Assembly (NCBI RefSeq): GCF_900319985.1
Contig: NZ_ONQL01000001.1
Origin: an uncultured Methanobrevibacter sp.
GTDB lineage: Archaea > Methanobacteriota > Methanobacteria > Methanobacteriales > Methanobacteriaceae
Length of the DNA: 64,000 bases
Direction: 5' to 3' (one strand)
This document shows, piece by piece, positions 19,672 through 29,230 of this stretch (position 1 is its first letter; each line of letters begins with the position of its first letter). Under the pieces are notes generated by a model, which saw nothing but the letters and a program-made list of their open reading frames with translations, was not told the DNA's origin and did no database searches. The translations under genes and the position numbers were made by a program.

Positions 19672-19783
19672 TTCATCAGATTCAGATTTTGCTAAGGATT
19701 AATTGGATTTTTCAATACTTTTTTAAATAAGTTATATTAAATATAATCTTATGGGAGTTTGAAATACTTTCCATGATATGCAT

Positions 19784-19817
19784 AAAAAGTTGGAAGATTA
19801 TTCTTCTAACTTTTTTT
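19784..19817. terminator. Hairpin with A-run and T-run flanks between the divergent helicase promoters
   Basis: AAAAAGTTGGAAGA-TTAT-TCTTCTAACTTTTTTT. Confidence 0.55.
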
Positions 19818-19833
19818 CTGTTTTTAATAGTAG

Positions 19834-19852
19834 TTGTTTTCAAATGCTCTCT
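19834..19852 (+). promoter_or_regulatory. Repair-gene box copy 4 (TTGTTTTCAAATGCTCTCT) upstream of the DUF1998 helicase
   Basis: TTTTC starts at 19837; TTTATATA(A) starts at 19860/19861 (23-24 nt). Confidence 0.72.
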
Positions 19853-19915
19853 GATTTGATTTATATAACACTATAATCAAATATTAAATATTAATAATTT
19901 ATATTTGTGGGAAAT

Positions 19916-22804
19916 ATGTCTGATTCTGATAAAATTGATATGTTTAAAAATGATGTTCGTTATAGGGATAATATTGCTCATGTAGAGACTATTCCCGCTA
20001 AAAAAGCCAGTTTCAAAAAAGTGGACAATCTTAATGAAAAAATTATAGGATATCTGGAATCAAAAGATATGAAATTATATGAACATCAGGCAGAAACCTA
20101 TGAATCGATTAAGGATGGAGAACATGTCATTATCACCACTCCCACTGCATCAGGAAAGACATTGGCCTTTAATTTGCCCATACTTGAAACCATGATAGAG
20201 GACAGGGATGCAACAGCACTGTATATCTATCCTGCAAAGGCTCTTTCCAATGACCAGCTTCATGTGCTGGAAAATCTTGAAAAGGAACTGGACTTAAAGA
20301 TTAATCCAAGAACATATGATGGGGATACTCCAAGGGAGGATAAGAGAAATATCCGTGAAAAATCACGCATCGTGCTGACAAATCCCTATCAATTGCATCT
20401 TATTTTATCCTGGCATCACCAATGGTCTAGGTTTTATCGCAATTTGAGATATATCGTAATTGATGAGTCTCATTATTATAAAGGGGTTTTTGGGTCCAAT
20501 GTGGCATTTTTAATTAAAAGGCTAAAAAGAATAGCCAATTTTTATGGTGCATATCCTCAGTTCATATTGTCTTCAGCTACCCTTGCAAATCCTCTGGAAC
20601 TTGCAAACAGATTGACGGGTGAGGAATTTAAGCTGGTTGACAATGACACTTCCCCAAGCGGTGAAAAGGACTTTATCTTATATAATCCTTTTAAAAATTA
20701 CCGTAGAAACAAGGTCAATATGCATAATGCTCCTTCGGTACATATGGAAACAGAAAACATTTTCATGTATATGATGTTAAAGGAAATTCAAACATTATGT
20801 TTCACCGTTTCAAGAAAAACCACTGAATTAATTGCAATGTGGGCTAAAAAGGACATGACTCAGGTTAAAGGAAAACTTGCCCATAGAATTGCAGCATATC
20901 GTGCAGGTTACAGGCCAGAGGAACGGCGTGAAATTGAAGACGGTCTTAAAAGCGGCAAGTATCTGGGAGTCACATGCACAAATGCATTGGAATTGGGTAT
21001 TGATATAGGGTCTTTGGATGCTGTTATCATTTCAGGCTATCCTGGAACAATGATATCCACATGGCAACAGGCTGGTCGTGCAGGCAGAAGCTCTCAGAAA
21101 TCTTTGGCTGTTTTAATAGCTTTTGAAAACCAGCTTGACCAATATTTTATGAACAATCCAAAGTTTTTCTTTGATAAGCCTCATGAAAATGCAATCATTG
21201 ATTTATCCAATCCTATCCTGCAGGAGGCTCACCTGCTGTGCGCTGCAAAGGAGCTGCCGCTGAAGTATGATGAGATAGAAAAATATTTCCAAATTGATGA
21301 TGACGCATTGGATGAAATTATTTCCAAAAAGGATTTGCATATCAATGCTCGGGGCGATTATATGTATCCTTATGATGACAATCCTGCACTTGACCATTCC
21401 CTGGACCAAATTTCAGGCGAAGAATTTAAGATAATGAATAATGGAAACCTGCTTGAAACAATGGAGAAGTCACAGGTTTATAGGGAAGCCCATGAAGGAG
21501 CTATTTTAATCAACAAGGGAGACACCTATGTTGTAAACAGTGTAAGTCTATCAAGAGGATTTGTCAATGTCAGCAAAAAAACTGTAGATTATCATACGAT
21601 GGTTTTAAACCAGACAGACATCAATATCAAAAGGAAACTGTCCAAGACAAAATACGGCAATCTGACAATCCATTTTGGGGAGCTGACAGTAAGCGAAGAT
21701 TACTTCAAATACAAGAAAATGCAATTTTCAAAATCTGTAGCTACCTATCCGCTTGACCTGCCTCCTTTGAAATTCAATACCAAGGGATTATGGTTTACAA
21801 TTCCAAAAAGCGTCAAGGATACTCTGGAAGACATGTTTCCAAATGAGGAAGAGGTGTTTGCAGGTGGCCTTCACGGGGCCGAACATGCATTGATTGGTCT
21901 TTTTCCTCTTCATACGATGTGTGATAGATTTGATATTGGGGGCCTTTCAACAAACTATCATGAGGATACTCAGGAGGCTACCATTTTTATTTATGACGGT
22001 TATGAAGGTGGAATTGGAATATGTGAAAAAGCAGTGGATGTATTTGTTGACCTTTTGAAATCTACTCTTGACCTTTTAAACAACTGTACCTGCCAAAGCG
22101 GATGTCCTGCCTGTATATATTCCCCAAAATGCGGTAATGATAACAAGCCACTTCACAAGAATGCAACAAAATACATTCTGGAATATATGTGCAGGTTGAT
22201 ATCTGATGACGCTTCAGCCGTAACTGAAAAGGTCAATGAAGAAATCATATCTGAAAAAGTAGACGATGAGGAAGACATCCAATTCAAAGATGCACTGGAA
22301 CTATACAATAAAAATGATTTCTCACAGGCGAAGGATATTTTAAATAATGTAATCAGTTCAAACAAGAATCACGTTGATTCTTTGGCTTTGATGGCTAAAA
22401 TATTATATTTGCAGGATCAACGGGATATCTCCAAAATGTTTGTGAAAAGGGCATTGGCTATTGACAGGTCAAATGAAATGGCTAATGAACTTGATGTTTT
22501 ATTGAATAATAGGCAGCCTTTGGCCAATGAAGATATTGATGTTGAAATCAATACCATAGACGATGAGGAAGTATTGTATGAAGAGGCATATGATTTATAT
22601 GCACAGGGGGATTTGGATACTGCATCTGAACTCCTGAAAAAATTATTGGACTTTGACAGTAAAAATTCAGAGGCTCTTGCCATGATGGGCTTGATATATT
22701 ATCAATCAGGGATATTTCCAAAGGCTGTAGAATACTTTAAGAAAGCCTATAAAATAAATAAAAATGGTGAAATGGTTAAGGAGTTGAAAATGAGGGTATG
22801 TTAG
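19916..22804 (+). CDS. DEAH-box helicase with DUF1998 (MrfA/Hrq1/SftH-like) and C-terminal TPRs
   Basis: TPTASGKT, YPAKAL.NDQ, DESH, SAT, LELGIDIG, QQAGRAGR, YDGYEGGIG, CTCQSGCPACIYSPKC; TPR-like helices after ~aa 790. Confidence 0.92.
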   Translation: MSDSDKIDMFKNDVRYRDNIAHVETIPAKKASFKKVDNLNEKIIGYLESKDMKLYEHQAETYESIKDGEHVIITTPTASGKTLAFNLPILETMIEDRDATALYIYPAKALSNDQLHVLENLEKELDLKINPRTYDGDTPREDKRNIREKSRIVLTNPYQLHLILSWHHQWSRFYRNLRYIVIDESHYYKGVFGSNVAFLIKRLKRIANFYGAYPQFILSSATLANPLELANRLTGEEFKLVDNDTSPSGEKDFILYNPFKNYRRNKVNMHNAPSVHMETENIFMYMMLKEIQTLCFTVSRKTTELIAMWAKKDMTQVKGKLAHRIAAYRAGYRPEERREIEDGLKSGKYLGVTCTNALELGIDIGSLDAVIISGYPGTMISTWQQAGRAGRSSQKSLAVLIAFENQLDQYFMNNPKFFFDKPHENAIIDLSNPILQEAHLLCAAKELPLKYDEIEKYFQIDDDALDEIISKKDLHINARGDYMYPYDDNPALDHSLDQISGEEFKIMNNGNLLETMEKSQVYREAHEGAILINKGDTYVVNSVSLSRGFVNVSKKTVDYHTMVLNQTDINIKRKLSKTKYGNLTIHFGELTVSEDYFKYKKMQFSKSVATYPLDLPPLKFNTKGLWFTIPKSVKDTLEDMFPNEEEVFAGGLHGAEHALIGLFPLHTMCDRFDIGGLSTNYHEDTQEATIFIYDGYEGGIGICEKAVDVFVDLLKSTLDLLNNCTCQSGCPACIYSPKCGNDNKPLHKNATKYILEYMCRLISDDASAVTEKVNEEIISEKVDDEEDIQFKDALELYNKNDFSQAKDILNNVISSNKNHVDSLALMAKILYLQDQRDISKMFVKRALAIDRSNEMANELDVLLNNRQPLANEDIDVEINTIDDEEVLYEEAYDLYAQGDLDTASELLKKLLDFDSKNSEALAMMGLIYYQSGIFPKAVEYFKKAYKINKNGEMVKELKMRVC

Positions 22805-22809
22805 TCAGT

Positions 22810-23949
22810 TCATCCGTAAGGTGTGAAACCCTCTTCAAAGTGTTCGCGAAGTTTTTCCAGCTCTTTAGGGATGTTAATTTTCTGTGTACAATGGTCGATA
22901 CATTCTTTACAATATGTGCACTTGTCAGCAGGTGTTTCTTCGTTTTTGAGTTTATCATAGTATAATCTATAAATGTTTGATTCAGGCTGGTTTTTGCTTG
23001 CATTATAAATGTGGAAATAATCTGAGATTGGAATTTCAGAGGGACATGAATCTAAACAGTATTCACATTCGCTGCATGGAACTGCAAGTTTTGAATAAAG
23101 TTTTTCAGCCATTTTTGATAGGAATTCATTTTCTTCATTGGTTATTGGCTCAAAGTTTTCAAACGTATCGCAGTTATCATCCATATCACTCATTTTGTTC
23201 ATTCCGCATAGGACCATTTTCACATGTTCAAGTGATGCGCAGAATCTTATTGCAAAGCTGGCGATAGATTTGTCGGGATTAAATTCATTAAAATCATTTT
23301 TAATTTCTTTAGGTGGATTGACGATAACTCCGCCTTTCAAGGGTTCCATTACATATACGTCAAGACCGTACTCCACACATAAGTCATAGCATTTGTGTGC
23401 CTGAATTGATTTGTCTTCCCAATCAAGGTAGTTAAGCTCCAATTGGACGATATCCAACATGTCGCCATACTTGTCGAGAACTTTTTTTAGCAAATCAGCA
23501 TTGTCATGGAAACTGAATCCGATTTTTTTGGCTGTTCCGTTTTCCTTCATTTTTTTAATATATTCAAATGAATTATTTTCTTCAGCTAATTTTAACCAGG
23601 GTATGTTAATATTGTGGATGAAAAAAACGTCAAAATAGTCAATTCCGAGCCTTTCAAGCATTTCATTAACGAATTTATCGTTATCTTCAGGTGAAGTCAA
23701 TGCCCATGTCGGCATCTTATCGCAAATCTGATATGATTCTCTAGGGTATCTTTCGACGATTGCCTTTCTGATGGCCACTTCACTGACTCCATTGTGGTAA
23801 GCGTATGATGTGTCAAAATAGTTAAATCCTTTTTCCATGTATTTGTCAACCATTTCGTTAAATAGTTCCTGGTCAATTTTTGCAGGGTCCTTAATGTCGG
23901 TTTGCGGCAGTCTCATACAGCCGAAACCAAATTTTGATTTGTAATCCAT
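22810..23949 (-). CDS. Aldo/keto reductase with C-terminal 4Fe-4S dicluster
   Basis: GFGCMRLP, YFDTSYAY, GFSFH, MEPLKGG, CSECEYCLDSCP, CTYCKECIDHC. Confidence 0.92.
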   Translation of the reverse strand: MDYKSKFGFGCMRLPQTDIKDPAKIDQELFNEMVDKYMEKGFNYFDTSYAYHNGVSEVAIRKAIVERYPRESYQICDKMPTWALTSPEDNDKFVNEMLERLGIDYFDVFFIHNINIPWLKLAEENNSFEYIKKMKENGTAKKIGFSFHDNADLLKKVLDKYGDMLDIVQLELNYLDWEDKSIQAHKCYDLCVEYGLDVYVMEPLKGGVIVNPPKEIKNDFNEFNPDKSIASFAIRFCASLEHVKMVLCGMNKMSDMDDNCDTFENFEPITNEENEFLSKMAEKLYSKLAVPCSECEYCLDSCPSEIPISDYFHIYNASKNQPESNIYRLYYDKLKNEETPADKCTYCKECIDHCTQKINIPKELEKLREHFEEGFTPYG

Positions 23950-24004
23950 AATGCTATCTCCAAAATTATAACTAGTTTTATATATCAATTACAATATATT
24001 TATA

Positions 24005-24021
24005 TGTTGTCAATTGCAACA
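24005..24021. promoter_or_regulatory. Near-perfect palindrome, putative operator
   Basis: TGTTGTCAATTGCAACA next to the minus-strand TATA of the aldo/keto reductase gene. Confidence 0.5.
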
Positions 24022-24138
24022 GTTTATTGTTATTTTTTTAAATTTCAAATTATTACTGGGATATTGTCAGAATATTAAATATGTTTATTAATAAACAAAA
24101 CTAAAATTATAATATTAATATTTAATAGGAGACATAAA

Positions 24139-24516
24139 ATGCATGAATTATCAATGGCTCAAGGTATTCTTAATGCAGTTATAGAAACTGCAGAAAGCAA
24201 TAATGCAACTGAGGTTAATGAAGTCACTATAGAACTTGGCAGACTGGCAATGGTAAATCCTGAACAATTGAAATTTATTTTAGGAGTTTTAGTTGAAAAC
24301 ACTATTGTTGAAGATGCAGAAATTAAGTTTGAGGAGATTCCTGTAGAAATTGACTGCCGTGAATGTGAATTTCATGGAAGCGCCATACTTGATGATAAAG
24401 ATCATTATGCCCCTATGGTTAAATGTCCTGAGTGCGATAGTCTTGCAGTTGAAATCCTTAACGGAAGAGACATTGTTGTTAAAAATATTGTTATAGAAAA
24501 ACCTGAAGATAATTAA
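24139..24516 (+). CDS. hypA: Hydrogenase nickel metallochaperone HypA
   Basis: MHELS, CREC, CPEC. Confidence 0.97.
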   Translation: MHELSMAQGILNAVIETAESNNATEVNEVTIELGRLAMVNPEQLKFILGVLVENTIVEDAEIKFEEIPVEIDCRECEFHGSAILDDKDHYAPMVKCPECDSLAVEILNGRDIVVKNIVIEKPEDN

Positions 24517-24534
24517 TTAAAAGGAGTTGAAAAT

Positions 24535-25191
24535 ATGCACCAAGTGGCTGATGTTGAAGTAGCAAAAAATATTATGGATGCCAATAAGAGATTGGCTGAA
24601 AAGAATTTAAAAAATCTGGAAGATAAGGAAATATTCTGTGTTGATTTTGTTGGAGCCATTGGTTCTGGTAAAACAACTTTAATTGAAGAAATTATTGATA
24701 ATACTGATTATAATATAGGCGTAATTGCAGGAGATGTTATATCTGAATTTGATGCCGGACGTATTGAAAAGCATGATGTGCCTGTAGTAGGTTTAAATAC
24801 AGGTAAAGAATGTCATTTAGATGCCCATTTGGTAGGTCATGGTCTTCATGATTTGCCGTTGGATGATTTGGATATGATTATCATCGAAAATGTTGGAAAT
24901 TTAATTTGTCCTGTTGACTTTGAATTGGGTTCTCATATGAGAATAGTCGTTGTCAGTGTTACTGAAGGGGATGACACTGTTGAAAAACACCCATTGATTT
25001 TCAAAACTTCAGATGCAGTCGTAATTAACAAGGTCGATTTGGCAGAGGCGGTTGGTGCTGATGCTGATAAGATGGTTGCTGATGCTAAAAAATTAAATCC
25101 AAATGTTAAAATCATCAAATCCAGCCTTAAACAGGGCAGCGGATTGGATGAAATTATCAAAGCTATTGAAGAAAAGAAGAATAGTTTATAA
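24535..25191 (+). CDS. hypB: Hydrogenase nickel-incorporation GTPase HypB
   Basis: GAIGSGKT, CHLDA, ENVGNLICP, NKVD. Confidence 0.97.
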   Translation: MHQVADVEVAKNIMDANKRLAEKNLKNLEDKEIFCVDFVGAIGSGKTTLIEEIIDNTDYNIGVIAGDVISEFDAGRIEKHDVPVVGLNTGKECHLDAHLVGHGLHDLPLDDLDMIIIENVGNLICPVDFELGSHMRIVVVSVTEGDDTVEKHPLIFKTSDAVVINKVDLAEAVGADADKMVADAKKLNPNVKIIKSSLKQGSGLDEIIKAIEEKKNSL

Positions 25192-25209
25192 TTGCTTTAA
25201 GGTGGTTTC

Positions 25210-26241
25210 ATGAAAGTATGGGTCGATATATCAAATGCTCCTCATGTGAGATTTTTTAAGGATGTAATCAAATATCTTGAAGCTGAAGGTGAGGATGTAA
25301 TAGTTACCGCAAGACAATTTGGTGATATTCATAAACTGATGGATATGTATGATATCGATTTTATATCTGTTGGCAAGCATGGTGTAAGTTTATATGACAA
25401 ATTAAAGGAAAGCACATCAAGAGTTTATAATCTTGTTGATGTTATTCATGATGAAAAGGTGGATGTTGCCCTTAGCAAGCATTCTATAGAACTTCCTAGA
25501 ATTTCATTCGGTCTGGGAATTCCAAGTCTATACGTTTTAGATAATGAACATGCATTGGCTGCCAATAAGCTGACCCTTCCGTTATGTGACAGAATAATCA
25601 CTCCTAACATAATAGACATGTGGAAACTGATGAAATTTGGAGCCGATCCTAATACTATTATCTCTTATGATGGAACTTCTGAATTGATGCATTTTAAAAG
25701 TTTCAAATATAATGATAATGTTTTTGATGATTTGAACCTTGATTTGAAACATCCGAGAACTATATTGATGAGACCAGAACCTTCCCTTGCTTCATATTTG
25801 GATGCTGATTGTAGAAAATCAGTTTTGTCCCCTATTGTTGATGAACTAAAAAATGTGGCTAACATTTTGGTTCTTCCAAGATTCAAGGAACAGGCTGAAA
25901 TATTTGAGGGAATCGAAAATGTTTCAATATTGAAGCCGCCTGTAGATACTTCAAGCATAATCAAAAAATGTGATTTAGTAATTGGTGCTGGAGGAACAAT
26001 GAACAGGGAGGCCGCAATTTTACAGACTCCTGTAATATCATGTTATCCTGGAGATACATTGTCTGTGGACCAATATTATATCAATAAAGGTTTAATGTAT
26101 AGATCTGTCAATACTGAAGATGTTATCAACAAGGCATTGGAGTTCATAGTCAATCCACATGAAAAAATTGATGTTAAGACTGATGACCTATTCCAGATAA
26201 TTATCGATAATCTTTATGATTTAGCCAGAAATGGTAAATAG
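25210..26241 (+). CDS. DUF354 family protein (GT-B fold)
   Basis: MKVWVDISNAPHVRFF, DNEHA, GAGGTMNREAAIL. Confidence 0.88.
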   Translation: MKVWVDISNAPHVRFFKDVIKYLEAEGEDVIVTARQFGDIHKLMDMYDIDFISVGKHGVSLYDKLKESTSRVYNLVDVIHDEKVDVALSKHSIELPRISFGLGIPSLYVLDNEHALAANKLTLPLCDRIITPNIIDMWKLMKFGADPNTIISYDGTSELMHFKSFKYNDNVFDDLNLDLKHPRTILMRPEPSLASYLDADCRKSVLSPIVDELKNVANILVLPRFKEQAEIFEGIENVSILKPPVDTSSIIKKCDLVIGAGGTMNREAAILQTPVISCYPGDTLSVDQYYINKGLMYRSVNTEDVINKALEFIVNPHEKIDVKTDDLFQIIIDNLYDLARNGK

Positions 26242-26297
26242 TTTTTTATAGTAGATAATGCCATATATAATTATTAGTATTTAACTTAAATTTTTTT

Positions 26298-26370
<73 letters not shown>

Positions 26371-26409
26371 CTTTTATATTTTTAAATTGATAAAAATTGT
26401 GATTAGAAT

Positions 26410-27492
26410 ATGTTATTAATTGCTCAAAATCATTTACAATTAATTGTAGAAGTTGCAATAATGTTATTTGTAATATGGGTGTTCACTCTTAACTTAATTC
26501 CATTATCTCTTAGTGTTGTAACATTTTTGTCCCTATTTTTAATGGGTGGTTTCACACTTCTTTTTGGAGCAGATATTGCATTGTTAGTAATATCTTCGAG
26601 TCAAGCAGAATTCACTCACCCTTTTGGACCCTTGGCATTACTTGCGACCATAACCGCATTTGCTTCGCTGAAGGTGATGAAGGAATCGGGTGTAGATATA
26701 AGGCCGCTTAGAAGATTTGTAATATTATTTACTGTAGGTATTACTGTATTCGGTGGATTAATGCACAGGTCTTTCTTGATTTTATGGGTTTTAGGATTGT
26801 TCTTAGGTTATTTAATAATTTCAAAATCATTCAGAGAAAAAACAGTTCTTACCGGTAAAAGAATTTTAATGTTTGTAGGAATTGCTGTTGTAGGTTTAGT
26901 TTCTCTTGAAGCTTTATCTCGAGTGACTGGAATGACCATTTTCTCTCCACTTTTAAGATTAGGTAGGATTGAACAATATTCCTTATCAAGTATTAAAACA
27001 GTATTAAATAACATTCAGTTAATTGGACACAGCGGTAAGGCATCTTATTGGGGTATTGAAGGAACAGCATTTGCCGAAGGTTATATCACCTTGCCGATGC
27101 AATTTGTTTTATTCTTTGGTTTGCCATTCCCTATGTTCTTTGGTATATTGGTTAACCAGAAAGATACAATTGATTATATGCTTCCGGGCATATTTGGATA
27201 TGGTTTTGACTTTGGATATTTAGGTTTAGTTGGATTGATGGTATTTACTTTAGGAACTATAGTAATCGGTCTTAAAGTATTGACTCAATACAGAGAAAAA
27301 AGAGAGAAAAATAATAAAAAATATCTTGGTAGAGAGGTATTATTAACAGGTGCATTAGCTTCATTTTGTGCACAATCTTTAATTGGTTTATTTGTATTTA
27401 ACAGAACAATCAATGGTATGGCATTGTTAACTTTCATATTTGTTGGAACATTGATTTTAGCTAATGTAGTTTCACTTAAAACAAGATCATAG
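26410..27492 (+). CDS. Polytopic membrane protein (O-antigen ligase/Wzy-like architecture)
   Basis: About 10 hydrophobic segments; HRS motif before a TM pair and a large loop. Confidence 0.6.
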   Translation: MLLIAQNHLQLIVEVAIMLFVIWVFTLNLIPLSLSVVTFLSLFLMGGFTLLFGADIALLVISSSQAEFTHPFGPLALLATITAFASLKVMKESGVDIRPLRRFVILFTVGITVFGGLMHRSFLILWVLGLFLGYLIISKSFREKTVLTGKRILMFVGIAVVGLVSLEALSRVTGMTIFSPLLRLGRIEQYSLSSIKTVLNNIQLIGHSGKASYWGIEGTAFAEGYITLPMQFVLFFGLPFPMFFGILVNQKDTIDYMLPGIFGYGFDFGYLGLVGLMVFTLGTIVIGLKVLTQYREKREKNNKKYLGREVLLTGALASFCAQSLIGLFVFNRTINGMALLTFIFVGTLILANVVSLKTRS

Positions 27493-27504
27493 GAGTAATT
27501 ATAA

Positions 27505-27963
27505 ATGAAAGCATTAGTATTACTTGGATGTCCTGAAACTCCATCACAAACTCCGATGGCAGTTTATGTCTTCAATAAATTGACAAAACTGGGTTATGAT
27601 ACAACAATTGCTGCCAATCCTGCAGCTTCAAAATTAGTAAAGATATCTGACCCTGAAGGATATTATAAACTTAATTTAGTTGATTTGGAAAGAACTTTGG
27701 GAGAAATTAATGAAGGTGATTATGATTTATTGGTAGGATTTGTACATAAGGACGCCGCAGCTTCTTTTTTTGTAACTTTCGATCAAATTTTAAATACCAA
27801 ATCTCTCGCATTAGTGTTTTCAAGGGATATTAATGAAGTTGAAGAATTTGTTAATATGATTGAAGAAAGTGGAAGCAATGCTAAGATAGAGGCTATAAGG
27901 GCATTCCACAATCCTTCACCGATTAAAGTCAAATTCGATAAAGCAATCAAGGAGTTTGAATGA
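27505..27963 (+). CDS. DUF1890 family protein
   Basis: LLGCPE.P.Q, ANPAA.KLV..SDP, FHNP motifs. Confidence 0.85.
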   Translation: MKALVLLGCPETPSQTPMAVYVFNKLTKLGYDTTIAANPAASKLVKISDPEGYYKLNLVDLERTLGEINEGDYDLLVGFVHKDAAASFFVTFDQILNTKSLALVFSRDINEVEEFVNMIEESGSNAKIEAIRAFHNPSPIKVKFDKAIKEFE

Positions 27964-27964
27964 T

Positions 27965-28279
27965 ATGTCTTTTTGTTTAGATACTTATCTTCAACAGTCA
28001 GATAATTATGAAATCCATGCTTCAAAAGCTGGTTTTAAGGACTGTGCAATGATTATCAGATATAAGGCTGATGATTTAGTTTACATAAAACCTGGAGATG
28101 AGGTTTTAGGCGTTAGGGTTATTGGAATTCCACCAATACCAATTGGTTTTGACAATGAAAAAGGGACTGTTTTTCTTCCTTATACCAAACCGTGTCATGG
28201 AACATCTGTTGTTGAATTGCCAATAGATAAAGAAGAAGTTGAAAAAATAAAGAAACTAGACACTGGTAATAAAAAATGA
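27965..28279 (+). CDS. DUF1894 family protein
   Basis: VLGVRVIGIPPIPIG, PYTKPCHGT. Confidence 0.8.
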   Translation: MSFCLDTYLQQSDNYEIHASKAGFKDCAMIIRYKADDLVYIKPGDEVLGVRVIGIPPIPIGFDNEKGTVFLPYTKPCHGTSVVELPIDKEEVEKIKKLDTGNKK

Positions 28280-29220
28280 AATCAACTGTTGTAGGTAGCT
28301 TTCCTAGTGAAGAAAGCTCACCGTCTAGTTTTAAAGATAAGTTATCCAGTGCTTTGGGGGCTTACGATCCATTTAAAAAAGCAATTAAAGACAGCGTTAT
28401 CGCTCAGCTTGATGCAGGTGTGGATATAGTCTCTGATGGTCAGGTTAGAGGAGATATGGTTTCTATTTTTACAAAATATATTCCTGGGATGAAATTGGAA
28501 GATGGCAACACTGTTGTAGTTTCCAAAATTAGAAGACCAACTCAGGAAATATCAGTTAAAGATTTGAATTATGCAGGCAGTGTTGTTAAGGATTATTATA
28601 ATGGTAAAATTCCGGAAGGTAAGGGAATTAAAGGAATTATTACAGGTCCAACAACTATTATTCATTCTTCAAGAATTCAATCTTTTTATAAAAATAAGGA
28701 AGATGCAATAATTGATTTGGCAAATTCACTTAAATTTGAAGTGGATGCCATAGCCAAAAAGGCTAATCCTGTTTATATTCAAGTTGATGAACCGTTCTTG
28801 TCAACTGGAATGGTTGATATGAAAGTAGCAAAGGAAGCTATTGATATTTTACATGAAAATCTTGAAGTCCCATTGGCTATGCATGTTTGTGGAACCTTAG
28901 AAGATGCATTCAAAGACCTTGCTAATTTCAACGTTGATATTCTGGATATGGAATTTGCAGGAAATAATGTAAATTTGGATGTTTTGGAAAAAAATGCAAG
29001 TTTGATAAAAAATAAAAAAATAGGTTTTGGATGTGTCGATTCATCTGTTAATGAGGTTGATGAAATTTCCGATATTGATAATCTTGTTTCTAAGGCAGTT
29101 GACATTGTGGGCAAAGATAATTTGCTTCTAGATCCGGACTGTGGATTAAGGAGAGCCCCTAAGGATGTTGCTTTTGAAAAATTAAGATTGATGAATCAAA
29201 TTAAGGATAAATATACCTAA
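28276..29220 (+). CDS. Single-barrel (core MetE-like) methionine synthase
   Basis: TVVGSFP, SDGQ.R, QVDEP, HVCG, DPDCGL zinc ligands. Confidence 0.92.
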   Translation: MKSTVVGSFPSEESSPSSFKDKLSSALGAYDPFKKAIKDSVIAQLDAGVDIVSDGQVRGDMVSIFTKYIPGMKLEDGNTVVVSKIRRPTQEISVKDLNYAGSVVKDYYNGKIPEGKGIKGIITGPTTIIHSSRIQSFYKNKEDAIIDLANSLKFEVDAIAKKANPVYIQVDEPFLSTGMVDMKVAKEAIDILHENLEVPLAMHVCGTLEDAFKDLANFNVDILDMEFAGNNVNLDVLEKNASLIKNKKIGFGCVDSSVNEVDEISDIDNLVSKAVDIVGKDNLLLDPDCGLRRAPKDVAFEKLRLMNQIKDKYT

Positions 29221-29230
29221 TGCTGATATA

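Noticed and set aside
19651..19852. The two inverted TTTTCAAATG..CTCTC copies read as MITE terminal inverted repeats
   Set aside because: Single copies occur before nurA and mre11 at the same TATA spacing and no target-site duplication is visible; divergent promoters explain the inversion
24051..24076. Possible NikR-type site upstream of hypA (TATTACTG..CAGAATA)
   Set aside because: Weak, imperfect symmetry in very AT-rich DNA
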